This document shows positions 18,449 to 27,582 of a stretch of 64,000 nt of DNA, piece after piece. Source of the DNA: Salibacteraceae bacterium (GTDB lineage Bacteria; Bacteroidota; Bacteroidia; Flavobacteriales_G; Salibacteraceae); the NCBI GenBank assembly GCA_965658375.1, contig CBFHSD010000009.1:229-64228 (forward strand), in the 5' to 3' direction. Position numbers and translations under genes: made by a program. Each line of letters starts with the position of its first letter. The first letter of the stretch is position 1. A model generated the notes under the pieces. It was given only the letters and a program-made list of their open reading frames with translations. It had not been told where the DNA came from and made no database searches.

Positions 18449-18954
18449 TGAGACCCGAACACTCTGAATACCTCCCCTATTTCTCTCGTTACATTGACCT
18501 TGTACCCGGGAACGAATTGATAGAAACATTGAACAATGCCAAACTGGCGTTCAATCAATTGTTAATGGCCTGCACCGAAGAAAAAAGTGACTTGGCCTAT
18601 GCCGAAGGAAAATGGACAGTAAAACAATTGATTGCCCACATCATTGATGTAGAAAGGGTATTCAACTACAGAATACTGCGCATAGCACGTGAAAATGCCC
18701 CGACTATTTCTGGTTTTGATCATGACGAATGGGCCAAAAAAAATAAGGCAGAGCACAGAAGCTTAGCAGAAATGCTAGAGGAATTTAATGCGGTAAGAAC
18801 AGCTACGATTCAACTTTTTAAAAGTTTTTCTGAAGATGACTTTACGCGCATGGGAACCGCCAACAATGGCCCCTTAAGCATTCGCGCAGCTGGTTTTATT
18901 GTAGTGGGTCACCAAATGCACCATTCTGCAATACTCAAAGAAAAATACTTGTAA
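18445..18954 (+). CDS. DinB-family (DinB_2) four-helix-bundle protein
   Basis: His triad context HIIDVERVF ... GHQMHH. ATGA overlap with kdsA. Confidence 0.65.
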   Translation: MMRPEHSEYLPYFSRYIDLVPGNELIETLNNAKLAFNQLLMACTEEKSDLAYAEGKWTVKQLIAHIIDVERVFNYRILRIARENAPTISGFDHDEWAKKNKAEHRSLAEMLEEFNAVRTATIQLFKSFSEDDFTRMGTANNGPLSIRAAGFIVVGHQMHHSAILKEKYL

Positions 18955-19853
18955 TGGCAGCCGAAAGGTTTTTGCTTCTTGAACCCAAAGCCTTTGCTTA
19001 CAATCTGCAAACAGCGGGCAGCAATGTCTTTCAAAATTACCAAGGTCACAAAACGGCCTTAATGGCCGCTCGAGAATTCGAACAAGTCATCAATACATTG
19101 GACCGCGCATCTATGGATCTTCACGTTTTTGAAGACGATGATCTCCCACCCAAACCCGATGCTGTTTTCTTGAACAATTGGTTCAGCACGCACCCTGATG
19201 GAAACTTGGTGATTTACCCTATGATGTCCAAAAACAGAAGACCCGAAGTGCGCTTTGAAAGTTTGGAGTGGCTCCATGAAAACTATAAAGTGAATGAGCT
19301 CATAGACTTAAGAGATTTCGTCTCTTACGATAAATACCTAGAGGGCACAGGAAGCTTGGTCTTTGATCATTCAAGTAAAAAAGTATACGCATCGTTAAGC
19401 GCCCGTACCAGCAGCACTGTGGCAAGCCAACTTGCAGAACAATTGGGGTACGAAGCACTATTTTACAAAGCTCTGGGACCAGAAAACACACCCATCTACC
19501 ATACCAATGTGGTACAGTTTTTTACCTATGGATTGGCCGGATTGTGCACTGAAATTATTGAAGACAAAAAAGCAGTTCTCGAAGCCATTGAAGAAAGTGA
19601 TAAGCAGCTGTTTGACTTCAACTACGAGCAACTCAGCTGCTTTGCGGGCAACATGTTGGCCATGAACAACAGTAAGGGAGAAGCCCATATTGCATGTTCT
19701 CAAAAGGCCTGGAACAGCTTAGATTCTGAGCAAAAAAGAACTTTAGAGCAGCACGGCAACGTATTGCTTTTTCAAAATCCCACCATTGAGCACGTTGGTG
19801 GCGGAAGCATTCGCTGCATGATTGCAGAAAACTACCTCCCAACTAAAACTTAA
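18954..19853 (+). CDS. ctlX: arginine-deiminase-related / amidinotransferase-fold protein (CtlX-like)
   Basis: Guanidino-modifying-enzyme fold with the C-terminal catalytic Cys motif GGGSIRCMIAE. 299 aa. Confidence 0.55.
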   Translation: MAAERFLLLEPKAFAYNLQTAGSNVFQNYQGHKTALMAAREFEQVINTLDRASMDLHVFEDDDLPPKPDAVFLNNWFSTHPDGNLVIYPMMSKNRRPEVRFESLEWLHENYKVNELIDLRDFVSYDKYLEGTGSLVFDHSSKKVYASLSARTSSTVASQLAEQLGYEALFYKALGPENTPIYHTNVVQFFTYGLAGLCTEIIEDKKAVLEAIEESDKQLFDFNYEQLSCFAGNMLAMNNSKGEAHIACSQKAWNSLDSEQKRTLEQHGNVLLFQNPTIEHVGGGSIRCMIAENYLPTKT

Positions 19854-19857
19854 CCCT

Positions 19858-21162
19858 GTGAACAAAGGCATTCAAAGCATTCTTTAAACCCAATCGCTTT
19901 TTATCGCTTGCAGCCAATTTCTCTGGTGCAGGGTTTGCGTTCATCAGTGTATCTATTTTAACACGTTCCCTCTCTAAAGAAGATATTGGTAAGTGGGTGA
20001 TGTTTTTGGTGCTCGCCAGCTTCTTTGACATGATGCGTGCAGGTATTATCCGAGTTGGATTGATCAGTAAATTATAAGTAGAACCCAAACTGGCGGAAGG
20101 CTCTGCCTGGTTATTGGGATTGAATATCACTAGCCTTTTTGTTGTGGTCAGCTTTGGAATAAACGATGCTATTCCTCAATATTTAGAAGATCACAACTAC
20201 AAACTATTCACTCAGTTTTACGGCTACATGGCGGTGGCCAACCTGCCATTTTTCTTCACCTATTGGATTCAACAAGGAAAATCTTCTTTTGAAAACTCCT
20301 TTTTTCACGACTCGCCCAAGCCGTTCCATTTGCGGCCTATGTGGTGTGAGCTTATATCAACGGGACTACCATCCAAGAAGTTACTTGGGCATATACCCTC
20401 AGCTATGCTTTTTCATCTCTTGTAAGTTTAGTGATGGGTTGGTGCGAGTTGCAATATCTTCTTCACTCCAAATGGCAAGAAGTAAAACACCTTTTCCACT
20501 TTGGAAAATACACCATGAGTACCGCCTTAGGCACTAACCTGCTCAAAAGCTCTGATGTCTATATCATCAACGAAATGCTTGGCCCTTCAGCTGTTGCGGT
20601 ATACGGCATGACTTACCGCATCATGGAACTCATTGAAATTCCAATAAGAAGTTTGGTAGCCACGGTTCTTCCAAAAATGGCGTCCGCAAATGCTAAAAAG
20701 AATGACAATGAAGTACGTAATCTCCTCTATTAAAATGGTGGAGCAACGTCTTATTTACTCATCCCCATTTTAGTGGTCATCTTCATTTTTGCAGACTACA
20801 TTCCCGTTATTATCTATGGAGAAGATTATGCTGATCTAGGTCTTCTCTTACGCGTTTTCTGTCTCTTTGGGGTACTTATTCCAATAGATCGTTTTATGGG
20901 CATTGCGCTAGATTCCATTGGTTTCCCTAAGTACAATTCGCAAAAAGTAATTTGGATGGTAATTGTAAATGTGATCTTAGACATTGCCATTCTTTATTTC
21001 TTCCCTTTTGTTGAAGCAGCTGCTGCCGTAACTTTTGTTACTGCTTCAGTAGGCGTTATTTTAGGCAAACGTTATTTGGCACCTTATCTTCCTATTGAGT
21101 TTCGCTTGTTTGTGAGCAAGGAGTGGGAATTCATTCAACAGCAAAAAGCACAATTGAAATGA
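19858..21162 (+). pseudogene. Wzx/polysaccharide-biosynthesis flippase (MOP superfamily), disrupted
   Basis: The conceptual translation is flippase-like across three ORF fragments. Disruptions are: no in-frame start, or a frameshift, near 19858-19890; an in-frame TAA at 20075-20077; a frameshift in the run at 20291-20296; an in-frame TGA at 20347-20349; and an in-frame TAA at 20731-20733. Confidence 0.7.
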
Positions 21163-22094
21163 CAAAAGCGCTTCCAACATTCATCATTATTGGGGCTGGA
21201 AAAAGTGGCACTACAGCGCTCCACCAGTTTTGTGAATCGCATCCCGAAGTATGGATGGCCAATGCGAAAGAAACCAACTTTTTTGAGCTGGAGGGAAAGC
21301 CTTTAACGGTTGACCCAAAAGAAGATCCCGAAATGCGCTTTCACTTTGAATATTCAATCAATAACTGGAGCGACTACCACAAGGAGTTTGAGGGCGGTCT
21401 TGATTTGCCTGCCCGTGGAGAAAGCTCTCCGATGTATTTGTATGGAGAATGCGCTCCAAAACACATCAAAGAACACATTCCAAACATAAAATTGGTTGCC
21501 ATTTTGCGCGATCCCGTGCAACGATTGTATTCTCGTTGGACACATTTGCTGCGCGATCAGGTAGACCCTGTTTCTCAGCTAGAATTCTCAACTTGCCTAG
21601 AACCCAACTCCATTTGTAACCGCAGAAACGATTTGATTCAAGAAGGTTTTTACCACACCCACCTTTCCCGCTATACTGAGCTGTACGGCCCCGATCAACT
21701 CAAGGTATTTCTCTTTGACGATCTAAGAGCCCATCCAGACCAGGTGATGCGCGAACTCTTTGAACACATCGGTGTAGATGCGCACTACAAACCGGACTTA
21801 GAGCGTGAATTCAACGTGTCTGGCAAACCCAAGAATCCAGTTATTGATGCGTTGATAGGCACCAATTCCTTTATTATTCAAGGAGCTAAAAAACTAGCGG
21901 CCAGCCTTATTAGTAAATTGAGAAAAAGTGCAGCAGCTCAAGCCATCCTCTTAAATGTGAGAAAGAAGAACATGGAAAAACCTGATGTAAATACCGAGGT
22001 TTTTCACAAGCTCTACCACACCTATTATAAAACAGAGGTTGAAGCTCTGGAAAAGCTTATTGGCCGCGACCTCAGTTCTTGGAAAAAGTACTGA
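21159..22094 (+). CDS. PAPS-dependent sulfotransferase family protein
   Basis: 5'-PSB-like loop IIGAGKSGTTAL and 3'-PB-like motif RDPVQRLYSRW. The ATG at 21159 overlaps the flippase-remnant stop (ATGA). Confidence 0.75.
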   Translation: MTKALPTFIIIGAGKSGTTALHQFCESHPEVWMANAKETNFFELEGKPLTVDPKEDPEMRFHFEYSINNWSDYHKEFEGGLDLPARGESSPMYLYGECAPKHIKEHIPNIKLVAILRDPVQRLYSRWTHLLRDQVDPVSQLEFSTCLEPNSICNRRNDLIQEGFYHTHLSRYTELYGPDQLKVFLFDDLRAHPDQVMRELFEHIGVDAHYKPDLEREFNVSGKPKNPVIDALIGTNSFIIQGAKKLAASLISKLRKSAAAQAILLNVRKKNMEKPDVNTEVFHKLYHTYYKTEVEALEKLIGRDLSSWKKY

Positions 22095-22146
22095 TCCTCG
22101 GTTCCCCCAGTTTGATGCATTGCCGCTTTTTGCCTTTCTTTATGGC

Positions 22147-25002
22147 ATGAAATACATGCTCATCTTTTTCTCGGTATTGCTCACTTTTTCTAGCACTGCA
22201 CTTCAAGCACAAAAAAGACCTCTCAACTTTAGCGATTATGACGGCTGGAATAGCTTGAGAAACTCCAACCTTTCTAAAGATGGAAATTGGGTGAGCTATG
22301 AAATTAGACCTTTAAAAGGAGATGGCACCCTTCACCTGAAGAACTTAGACAAAGGAATTGACAAAGAATTCGATAGAGGCTATAGCGCACAAATAAATGT
22401 CAACGCTACCTTCATGGTATTTAAAATTAAGGCCCTCCACGATACCCTTCGCAATTTAGAAATCAAAGACACGCCACGTTCTAAATACCCTAAAGACTCA
22501 TTGGGAATTTATCTTTTTGAGCAAGACAGCCTCCTCACTTTCGGAAAAGTAAAATCTTTTGAAATTGGTGACAAAGGCGGTGATATCATCGCTGTTCAAT
22601 TCGATTCTAAATTTAAAATCCCGAAAAAGGAAGAGGAAGGGAAAAAGAAAAAAAAGAAGAAAAAAAAGAAAGGTGCTGCTGAAGTAAAACCGCAAAAGCC
22701 AAAAAAAGGAACCTATCCCCTTTTGATCATCAACCCCTTGAATGAAGAGTTGATTTGGTGCGAACACGTATCTAGCCATGAAGTTTCTGAAAATGCAGAC
22801 CGCATAGCCTACACCACCTTTTTTGGCGGAGATATAGATAGCGCTGCAGTATTTACTTACCAACCAAGCGACCAAAAGCTTGACACCATTTACCATGGTT
22901 CTGGAAAAGCCTTAAAACCAAGCTTGAGCAGCGATGGATCTTCATTGATTTTTTTACATTCACCCGATACCGCTGAAACAAAAGTATATGGCATCTACCA
23001 TGCAAAAGGTGCTGGAAGCATGCGCATTGTGGTAGACTCTATGAATACCAATATGCCTGAAGGAATGACCACTAGCGAAAATGGAAGATTGCGCTGGGCA
23101 GAAGATGGTTCACAATTCTTCTTTGGCATTTCTGACATTCCAAGAGAAGAACCTGAAGACACCATACCCAATAGTGAAAAAGCAAAAGTAGATGTGTGGA
23201 GCTGGACGGATTTGAGGCTTCAGCCACAGCAATTGAAGAACAAATCAAGAAATGAAAAACACACCTTTTTGTGCGCCTTTATCATCAACGGTCAAAAAAT
23301 GGTTCAGCTTGAAGAAGATGAACTTTCCTCTGTGCGCTTGAACCGTTGGGGAACCAATTCTTACGCATTAAAACGCAATTCTAGGGCTTACCAAAAAAGC
23401 TACAGTTGGGCTTATCCATGGCCGGCAGATTACAGTTTAATTGATATAAAAACAGGAGAAACCATACTGACATTAGATAGCATTGTCTATGGCGCAGAGC
23501 TTTCACCAGAAGAAAAGTACGTAAGCTATTATGACCCTGCCACTCAAAATTGGATGGCCATTGACATAGTGAAAAAAGACACCATCAACCTCACTGAAGG
23601 ACTTTGCTCTCAAGGAGAAATCTTCTTTACAGAAAGTGCACAAGTGCCCGCAACACCTTACCCTTTTGGTATTGAAGGCTGGACACAAAATGAAAATGTC
23701 ATCATTGCTGCTAAATACGATTTATGGGAAATTGACCCTACAGGTATTGACGCCCCTTGGTCACTAACCAATGGAGAGGCCAACACAAATAAAATGCGTG
23801 CGCGACTGAATCAGCTTGACTATGACAAAGCCCATTTCCATACAGATGATCAATGGGTAATTAGCTTGTTTGAAGAAAACACCAACCGTTCTGGCTTTGG
23901 TATTTCTCACCACCGCCCGAATAGATTTGAAGTAGCCATGCTAGACGATGCATCTATCTCTGGTTTAAGAAAAGCTAAAGATGCAGATATCTTTAGTTAC
24001 CGCATTCAAACCTTTGAATTGTATCCAGAGTTGTTCGTAACTCGTCCTTTATTTACTGACCTTTATGCAGATAAGCTTCAGAAATACGAGCGTGTAAGCT
24101 ATACCAATCCTCAGCAAGAAGAAGTGTACTGGGGATCTGTAAAAAAGCATTTCTGGAAAGATGTAGAAGGCAACGAAATGAAGGGCTTACTGTACTTGCC
24201 AGAGTTTTTAGATGAGAGTCAGGAATATCCTGTAATTGTTTATTTCTACGAAAAAAACTTCGGAACAGAACACCGCCACAAACCATTCCGCCCAAGCCCA
24301 TCTACAGTGAGCATCCCTTATTACCTGAGCAATGGTTACATCGTTTTTGTGCCAGATGTTGAATATGGAACAGGACATCCGGGAAAAGATGCCTACAACT
24401 GCATTGTGAGTGGAGCGCAATCTGTAGCTGCCTTACCCTATGTAAATGCAGAAAAAATGGCCATTCAAGGCCAAAGTTGGGGTGGCTACCAAGTCGCCTA
24501 CCTTGTGACTCAAACCAACATGTTCGCTGCTGGAATGGCCGGAGCACCTGTGAGTAACATGACCTCCGCCTATGGTGGAATCCGCTGGGGATCTGGCATG
24601 AGCCGCATGTTCCAATACGAACGGACGCAAAGTAGAATTGGGGAAGATCTGTGGAGTGCTACCGATCTTTATTTAGAAAACTCACCTGTGTTCCATTTGC
24701 CGAATGTAGAAACTCCATTGCTGATTATGCACAATGATGGTGATGGTGCTGTGCCTTGGTACCAAGGCATTGAGATGTTTGTAGGTATGCGTAGGCTAAA
24801 TAAACCCTGTTGGATGTTGAACTACAATGGAGATGAACACAACTTGATGAAACAAGCCAACCGCAGAGATTTAAGTAAGCGCATGTATCAATTTTTTGAG
24901 CACTATTTAAGAGATGCTCCCGCACCGGAATGGATGTTAGAAGGAGTGCCTGCAGTGGAGAAAGGAAAGAATAATGGTTTTGCTTATCCATACTCTAGAT
25001 AA
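22147..25002 (+). CDS. S9 family serine peptidase (prolyl oligopeptidase/acylaminoacyl-peptidase type) with N-terminal beta-propeller and a poly-lysine insert
   Basis: Signal peptide MKYMLIFFSVLLTFSSTALQAQ. Catalytic motifs are GQSWGGY (Ser), HNDGDGAVP (Asp) and GDEHNL (His). Confidence 0.85.
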   Translation: MKYMLIFFSVLLTFSSTALQAQKRPLNFSDYDGWNSLRNSNLSKDGNWVSYEIRPLKGDGTLHLKNLDKGIDKEFDRGYSAQINVNATFMVFKIKALHDTLRNLEIKDTPRSKYPKDSLGIYLFEQDSLLTFGKVKSFEIGDKGGDIIAVQFDSKFKIPKKEEEGKKKKKKKKKKGAAEVKPQKPKKGTYPLLIINPLNEELIWCEHVSSHEVSENADRIAYTTFFGGDIDSAAVFTYQPSDQKLDTIYHGSGKALKPSLSSDGSSLIFLHSPDTAETKVYGIYHAKGAGSMRIVVDSMNTNMPEGMTTSENGRLRWAEDGSQFFFGISDIPREEPEDTIPNSEKAKVDVWSWTDLRLQPQQLKNKSRNEKHTFLCAFIINGQKMVQLEEDELSSVRLNRWGTNSYALKRNSRAYQKSYSWAYPWPADYSLIDIKTGETILTLDSIVYGAELSPEEKYVSYYDPATQNWMAIDIVKKDTINLTEGLCSQGEIFFTESAQVPATPYPFGIEGWTQNENVIIAAKYDLWEIDPTGIDAPWSLTNGEANTNKMRARLNQLDYDKAHFHTDDQWVISLFEENTNRSGFGISHHRPNRFEVAMLDDASISGLRKAKDADIFSYRIQTFELYPELFVTRPLFTDLYADKLQKYERVSYTNPQQEEVYWGSVKKHFWKDVEGNEMKGLLYLPEFLDESQEYPVIVYFYEKNFGTEHRHKPFRPSPSTVSIPYYLSNGYIVFVPDVEYGTGHPGKDAYNCIVSGAQSVAALPYVNAEKMAIQGQSWGGYQVAYLVTQTNMFAAGMAGAPVSNMTSAYGGIRWGSGMSRMFQYERTQSRIGEDLWSATDLYLENSPVFHLPNVETPLLIMHNDGDGAVPWYQGIEMFVGMRRLNKPCWMLNYNGDEHNLMKQANRRDLSKRMYQFFEHYLRDAPAPEWMLEGVPAVEKGKNNGFAYPYSR
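22623..22673 (+). repeat. polypurine tract of about 50 nt encoding KKEEEGKKKKKKKKKKG
   Basis: Uninterrupted A/G run containing two A8 homopolymers (22648-22655 and 22660-22667). Confidence 0.9.
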
Positions 25003-25145
25003 GACAACGACTATTTACTCTTAACGTTTACGTATTGTGATTTAGCATGGTCTCCAGAAAAAATAACTTATGATTGAGATCACTTACAACTCAGCTTAAG
25101 CGCCTACCATTTAAGCATTTCTGTAAAACTGAAAAGAATTAAAAG

Positions 25146-26507
25146 ATGAAGTCAACTATTCCAATCTTCTTAGGCGTGTTTTTGATTCTATTCTCTTCTT
25201 GCCAGAAAGACGATGATATTGCTTTGAACAGCTACCAAGTTCGAGGGCGGATAGTTGACCAATTGGGTAATGGTTTAAATGCCATTCAAATTTACTACGG
25301 CACAGACAACTTTGTGCTTTCTGATAGTCTTGGCAATTGGACCATCAACTACCTAATAAACACACAGACCATCACCCCAAAATCTTCGCGCTATGTCTTT
25401 AAGCCAAGCAGTGTGGAAGTGTGCCGAACAGACTCCATTCTTTTTGCAGGAACCAAAGTGCTGAACACCTATGAGCAGCAAGTTTTCAACTGGTTCACAC
25501 AACAGCAATTGTCCAATGGATTAATAGAAAGTGTGGAGGACGGCAGTCTTGTATCCCTTTACGACAATGCCCTGGCTGCCATGGTTTTTATGTTGAACAG
25601 CGACTTTGAAAGTGCAGAAAAAATATTCGACTTTTTTAATGCACGCATCAACAGTGAGCTCTTAGTTGCTCCCGGAGGATTCTCGCAAGTCAGATATCCA
25701 AATGGGGTTCCCAACAAACACCGCTGGATGGGAGATAACGCTTGGCTCTTAGTTGCCTTAAACAATTACCAAGCGCTCACTGGAAAGACCACCTACAATC
25801 GATTGAGCGATGAGATTTCAGCATGGCTCGTCTCCTTACAAGATACAGATGGCGGTCTTTTTGCGGGATACAATGCTTCTGACAATCTGCTCAATTACAA
25901 GGTTACAGAAGGTAACATTGATGCTTTCAATGCCATTGAGGGCTACGAAACATTTCATCAAAACCTACTCGATTTTTTAGAGCAAGACCGATGGGATTCC
26001 AATGACCGCAACCTTGTTTCTTGGCCTGGCAACCCACCATACCTCTATGCTTTAGATGTTCATTCTTGGAGTTATTTGATCTTTGAACAATACCCCGTTT
26101 CCGCATTAACCACAGCAGAACGCTTTTTAAACACACAGTCGAATATCAATGGAATACCCATTACAGGTTATTGTTTTGATGAAGACCAAGATGTGGTTTG
26201 GTTAGAAGGAAGCGCTCAAATGTGCATTGCTTTTGAAGAGGCTGGAATGTTGAGCGAAAGAGACTTTTACATGAGCGAAATTGAAAAAGGTTTTTTTCAA
26301 AGCACTAAATTTAGTGATGCTGGTGGCTTTCCTTACACAGTAAACATGGGAACCGCATATGGTAGTGCCCCTTTGTGGGAAGGAGCCAACGAAAACATAT
26401 GTATCTCAAGCGGAGCTTGGTACCTTTTTGCAACCCATAACTTCAATCCTTTTGGAGTAGGGAAACAGAAAAATGTTCCTATTGATGATGCTTTTTGGAA
26501 GTATTAA
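25146..26507 (+). CDS. lipoprotein with a CarboxypepD_reg-like N-domain and an alpha/alpha-toroid-like C-domain (function unknown)
   Basis: Lipobox LILFSSC, then VRGRIVDQLGNGLNAIQIYYG. A helical-repeat region follows with DNALAAMVF, DNAWLLVAL and TDGGLFAGY motifs. Confidence 0.45.
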   Translation: MKSTIPIFLGVFLILFSSCQKDDDIALNSYQVRGRIVDQLGNGLNAIQIYYGTDNFVLSDSLGNWTINYLINTQTITPKSSRYVFKPSSVEVCRTDSILFAGTKVLNTYEQQVFNWFTQQQLSNGLIESVEDGSLVSLYDNALAAMVFMLNSDFESAEKIFDFFNARINSELLVAPGGFSQVRYPNGVPNKHRWMGDNAWLLVALNNYQALTGKTTYNRLSDEISAWLVSLQDTDGGLFAGYNASDNLLNYKVTEGNIDAFNAIEGYETFHQNLLDFLEQDRWDSNDRNLVSWPGNPPYLYALDVHSWSYLIFEQYPVSALTTAERFLNTQSNINGIPITGYCFDEDQDVVWLEGSAQMCIAFEEAGMLSERDFYMSEIEKGFFQSTKFSDAGGFPYTVNMGTAYGSAPLWEGANENICISSGAWYLFATHNFNPFGVGKQKNVPIDDAFWKY

Positions 26508-26686
26508 TCGAATGTAAACCTATCAATAATTCTATTTATTTTTAGGTCTACCGACACATTCCAACAATTGCACTCATTAACCTACACCCCAATAAAATCA
26601 AACTAAATGTATTTCTGACACTTTCTTTCCAAAACACCTTTTCTGTAGAAATTATGTACTACTTTGGTCGCCCAAAATAGAAGACT

Positions 26687-27574
26687 ATGTCATTGAGAAC
26701 TGACCATATACAATCGCTAAACGGAGTAAATACAAAAGGCTATTCTAAAGAAGAATTGAAAGCTTTGTTCGAGAAATACTTCAATAAAGGTATGCACGGA
26801 CTTTGCTTCAGCTCTTACGAAGAAGGTCAAGAACCGGGCGATCAACTGAGTGCAGAACAAATTGAAAAACGCATCAAGGTCATTGCGCCTCACACAAAAT
26901 GGGTGCGCACTTTTTCTTGTACAGATGGCAACGAGTTTATTCCCGCCATAGCTAAAAAACATGGACTTAAAGTAATGGTTGGCGCTTGGTTAAGTGATGA
27001 CAAAGAACTCAATGATAAAGAGGTCAACAATTTAATTGAAGTTGCAAAAGCAGGCCATGCCGACTTAGTTGCTGTGGGTAACGAAGTGCTTTACCGAGAA
27101 GAGTTGACCGAAGAAGAGCTTTTGGCTCATATCTACCGAGTAAAAGAAGCATTGCCTCACGCAGAAGTGGGTTATGTTGATGCCTATTATGAGTTTAGAG
27201 ACAGACCCGCTTTAAGCGAAGCTTGTGATGTAATTTTCACCAATTGTTACCCTTTTTGGGAAGGCTGCCACATTAATTACGCCTTACCTTATATGAAGAC
27301 CATGTTCCAGATAGCTACTCAAGCTGCCAATGGAAAAAAGGTGGTTATAACAGAAACAGGGTGGCCAAGTCAAGGAACAAATTTTGAAGCATCAGAACCT
27401 TCTTTCGAAAATGCCATTCGCTACTTTGTGAATACTCAAGATTGGAGCCATGAAGAGAACATTGACATCATGTATTTTTCAAGCTTTGATGAAGCTTGGA
27501 AAGTAGGAGATGAAGGAGATGTAGGCGCCTATTGGGGGATTTGGGACAAAGGCGGGAAACCGAAGTTTCACTAA
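26687..27574 (+). CDS. glycoside hydrolase family 17-like protein (beta-1,3-glucan-active fold), no signal peptide
   Basis: Clan GH-A pattern. Acid/base motif is VAVGNEVLY and nucleophile motif is VITETGWPSQG. 295 aa. Confidence 0.7.
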   Translation: MSLRTDHIQSLNGVNTKGYSKEELKALFEKYFNKGMHGLCFSSYEEGQEPGDQLSAEQIEKRIKVIAPHTKWVRTFSCTDGNEFIPAIAKKHGLKVMVGAWLSDDKELNDKEVNNLIEVAKAGHADLVAVGNEVLYREELTEEELLAHIYRVKEALPHAEVGYVDAYYEFRDRPALSEACDVIFTNCYPFWEGCHINYALPYMKTMFQIATQAANGKKVVITETGWPSQGTNFEASEPSFENAIRYFVNTQDWSHEENIDIMYFSSFDEAWKVGDEGDVGAYWGIWDKGGKPKFH

Positions 27575-27582
27575 AAACTAAA

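Noticed and set aside
19858-21162. The idea that the three in-frame stops in the flippase reflect stop-codon reassignment or programmed readthrough.
   Set aside because: TAA, TGA and TAG all act as ordinary terminators of well-conserved neighbouring genes. The same gene also carries frameshifts, so decay is the simpler explanation.
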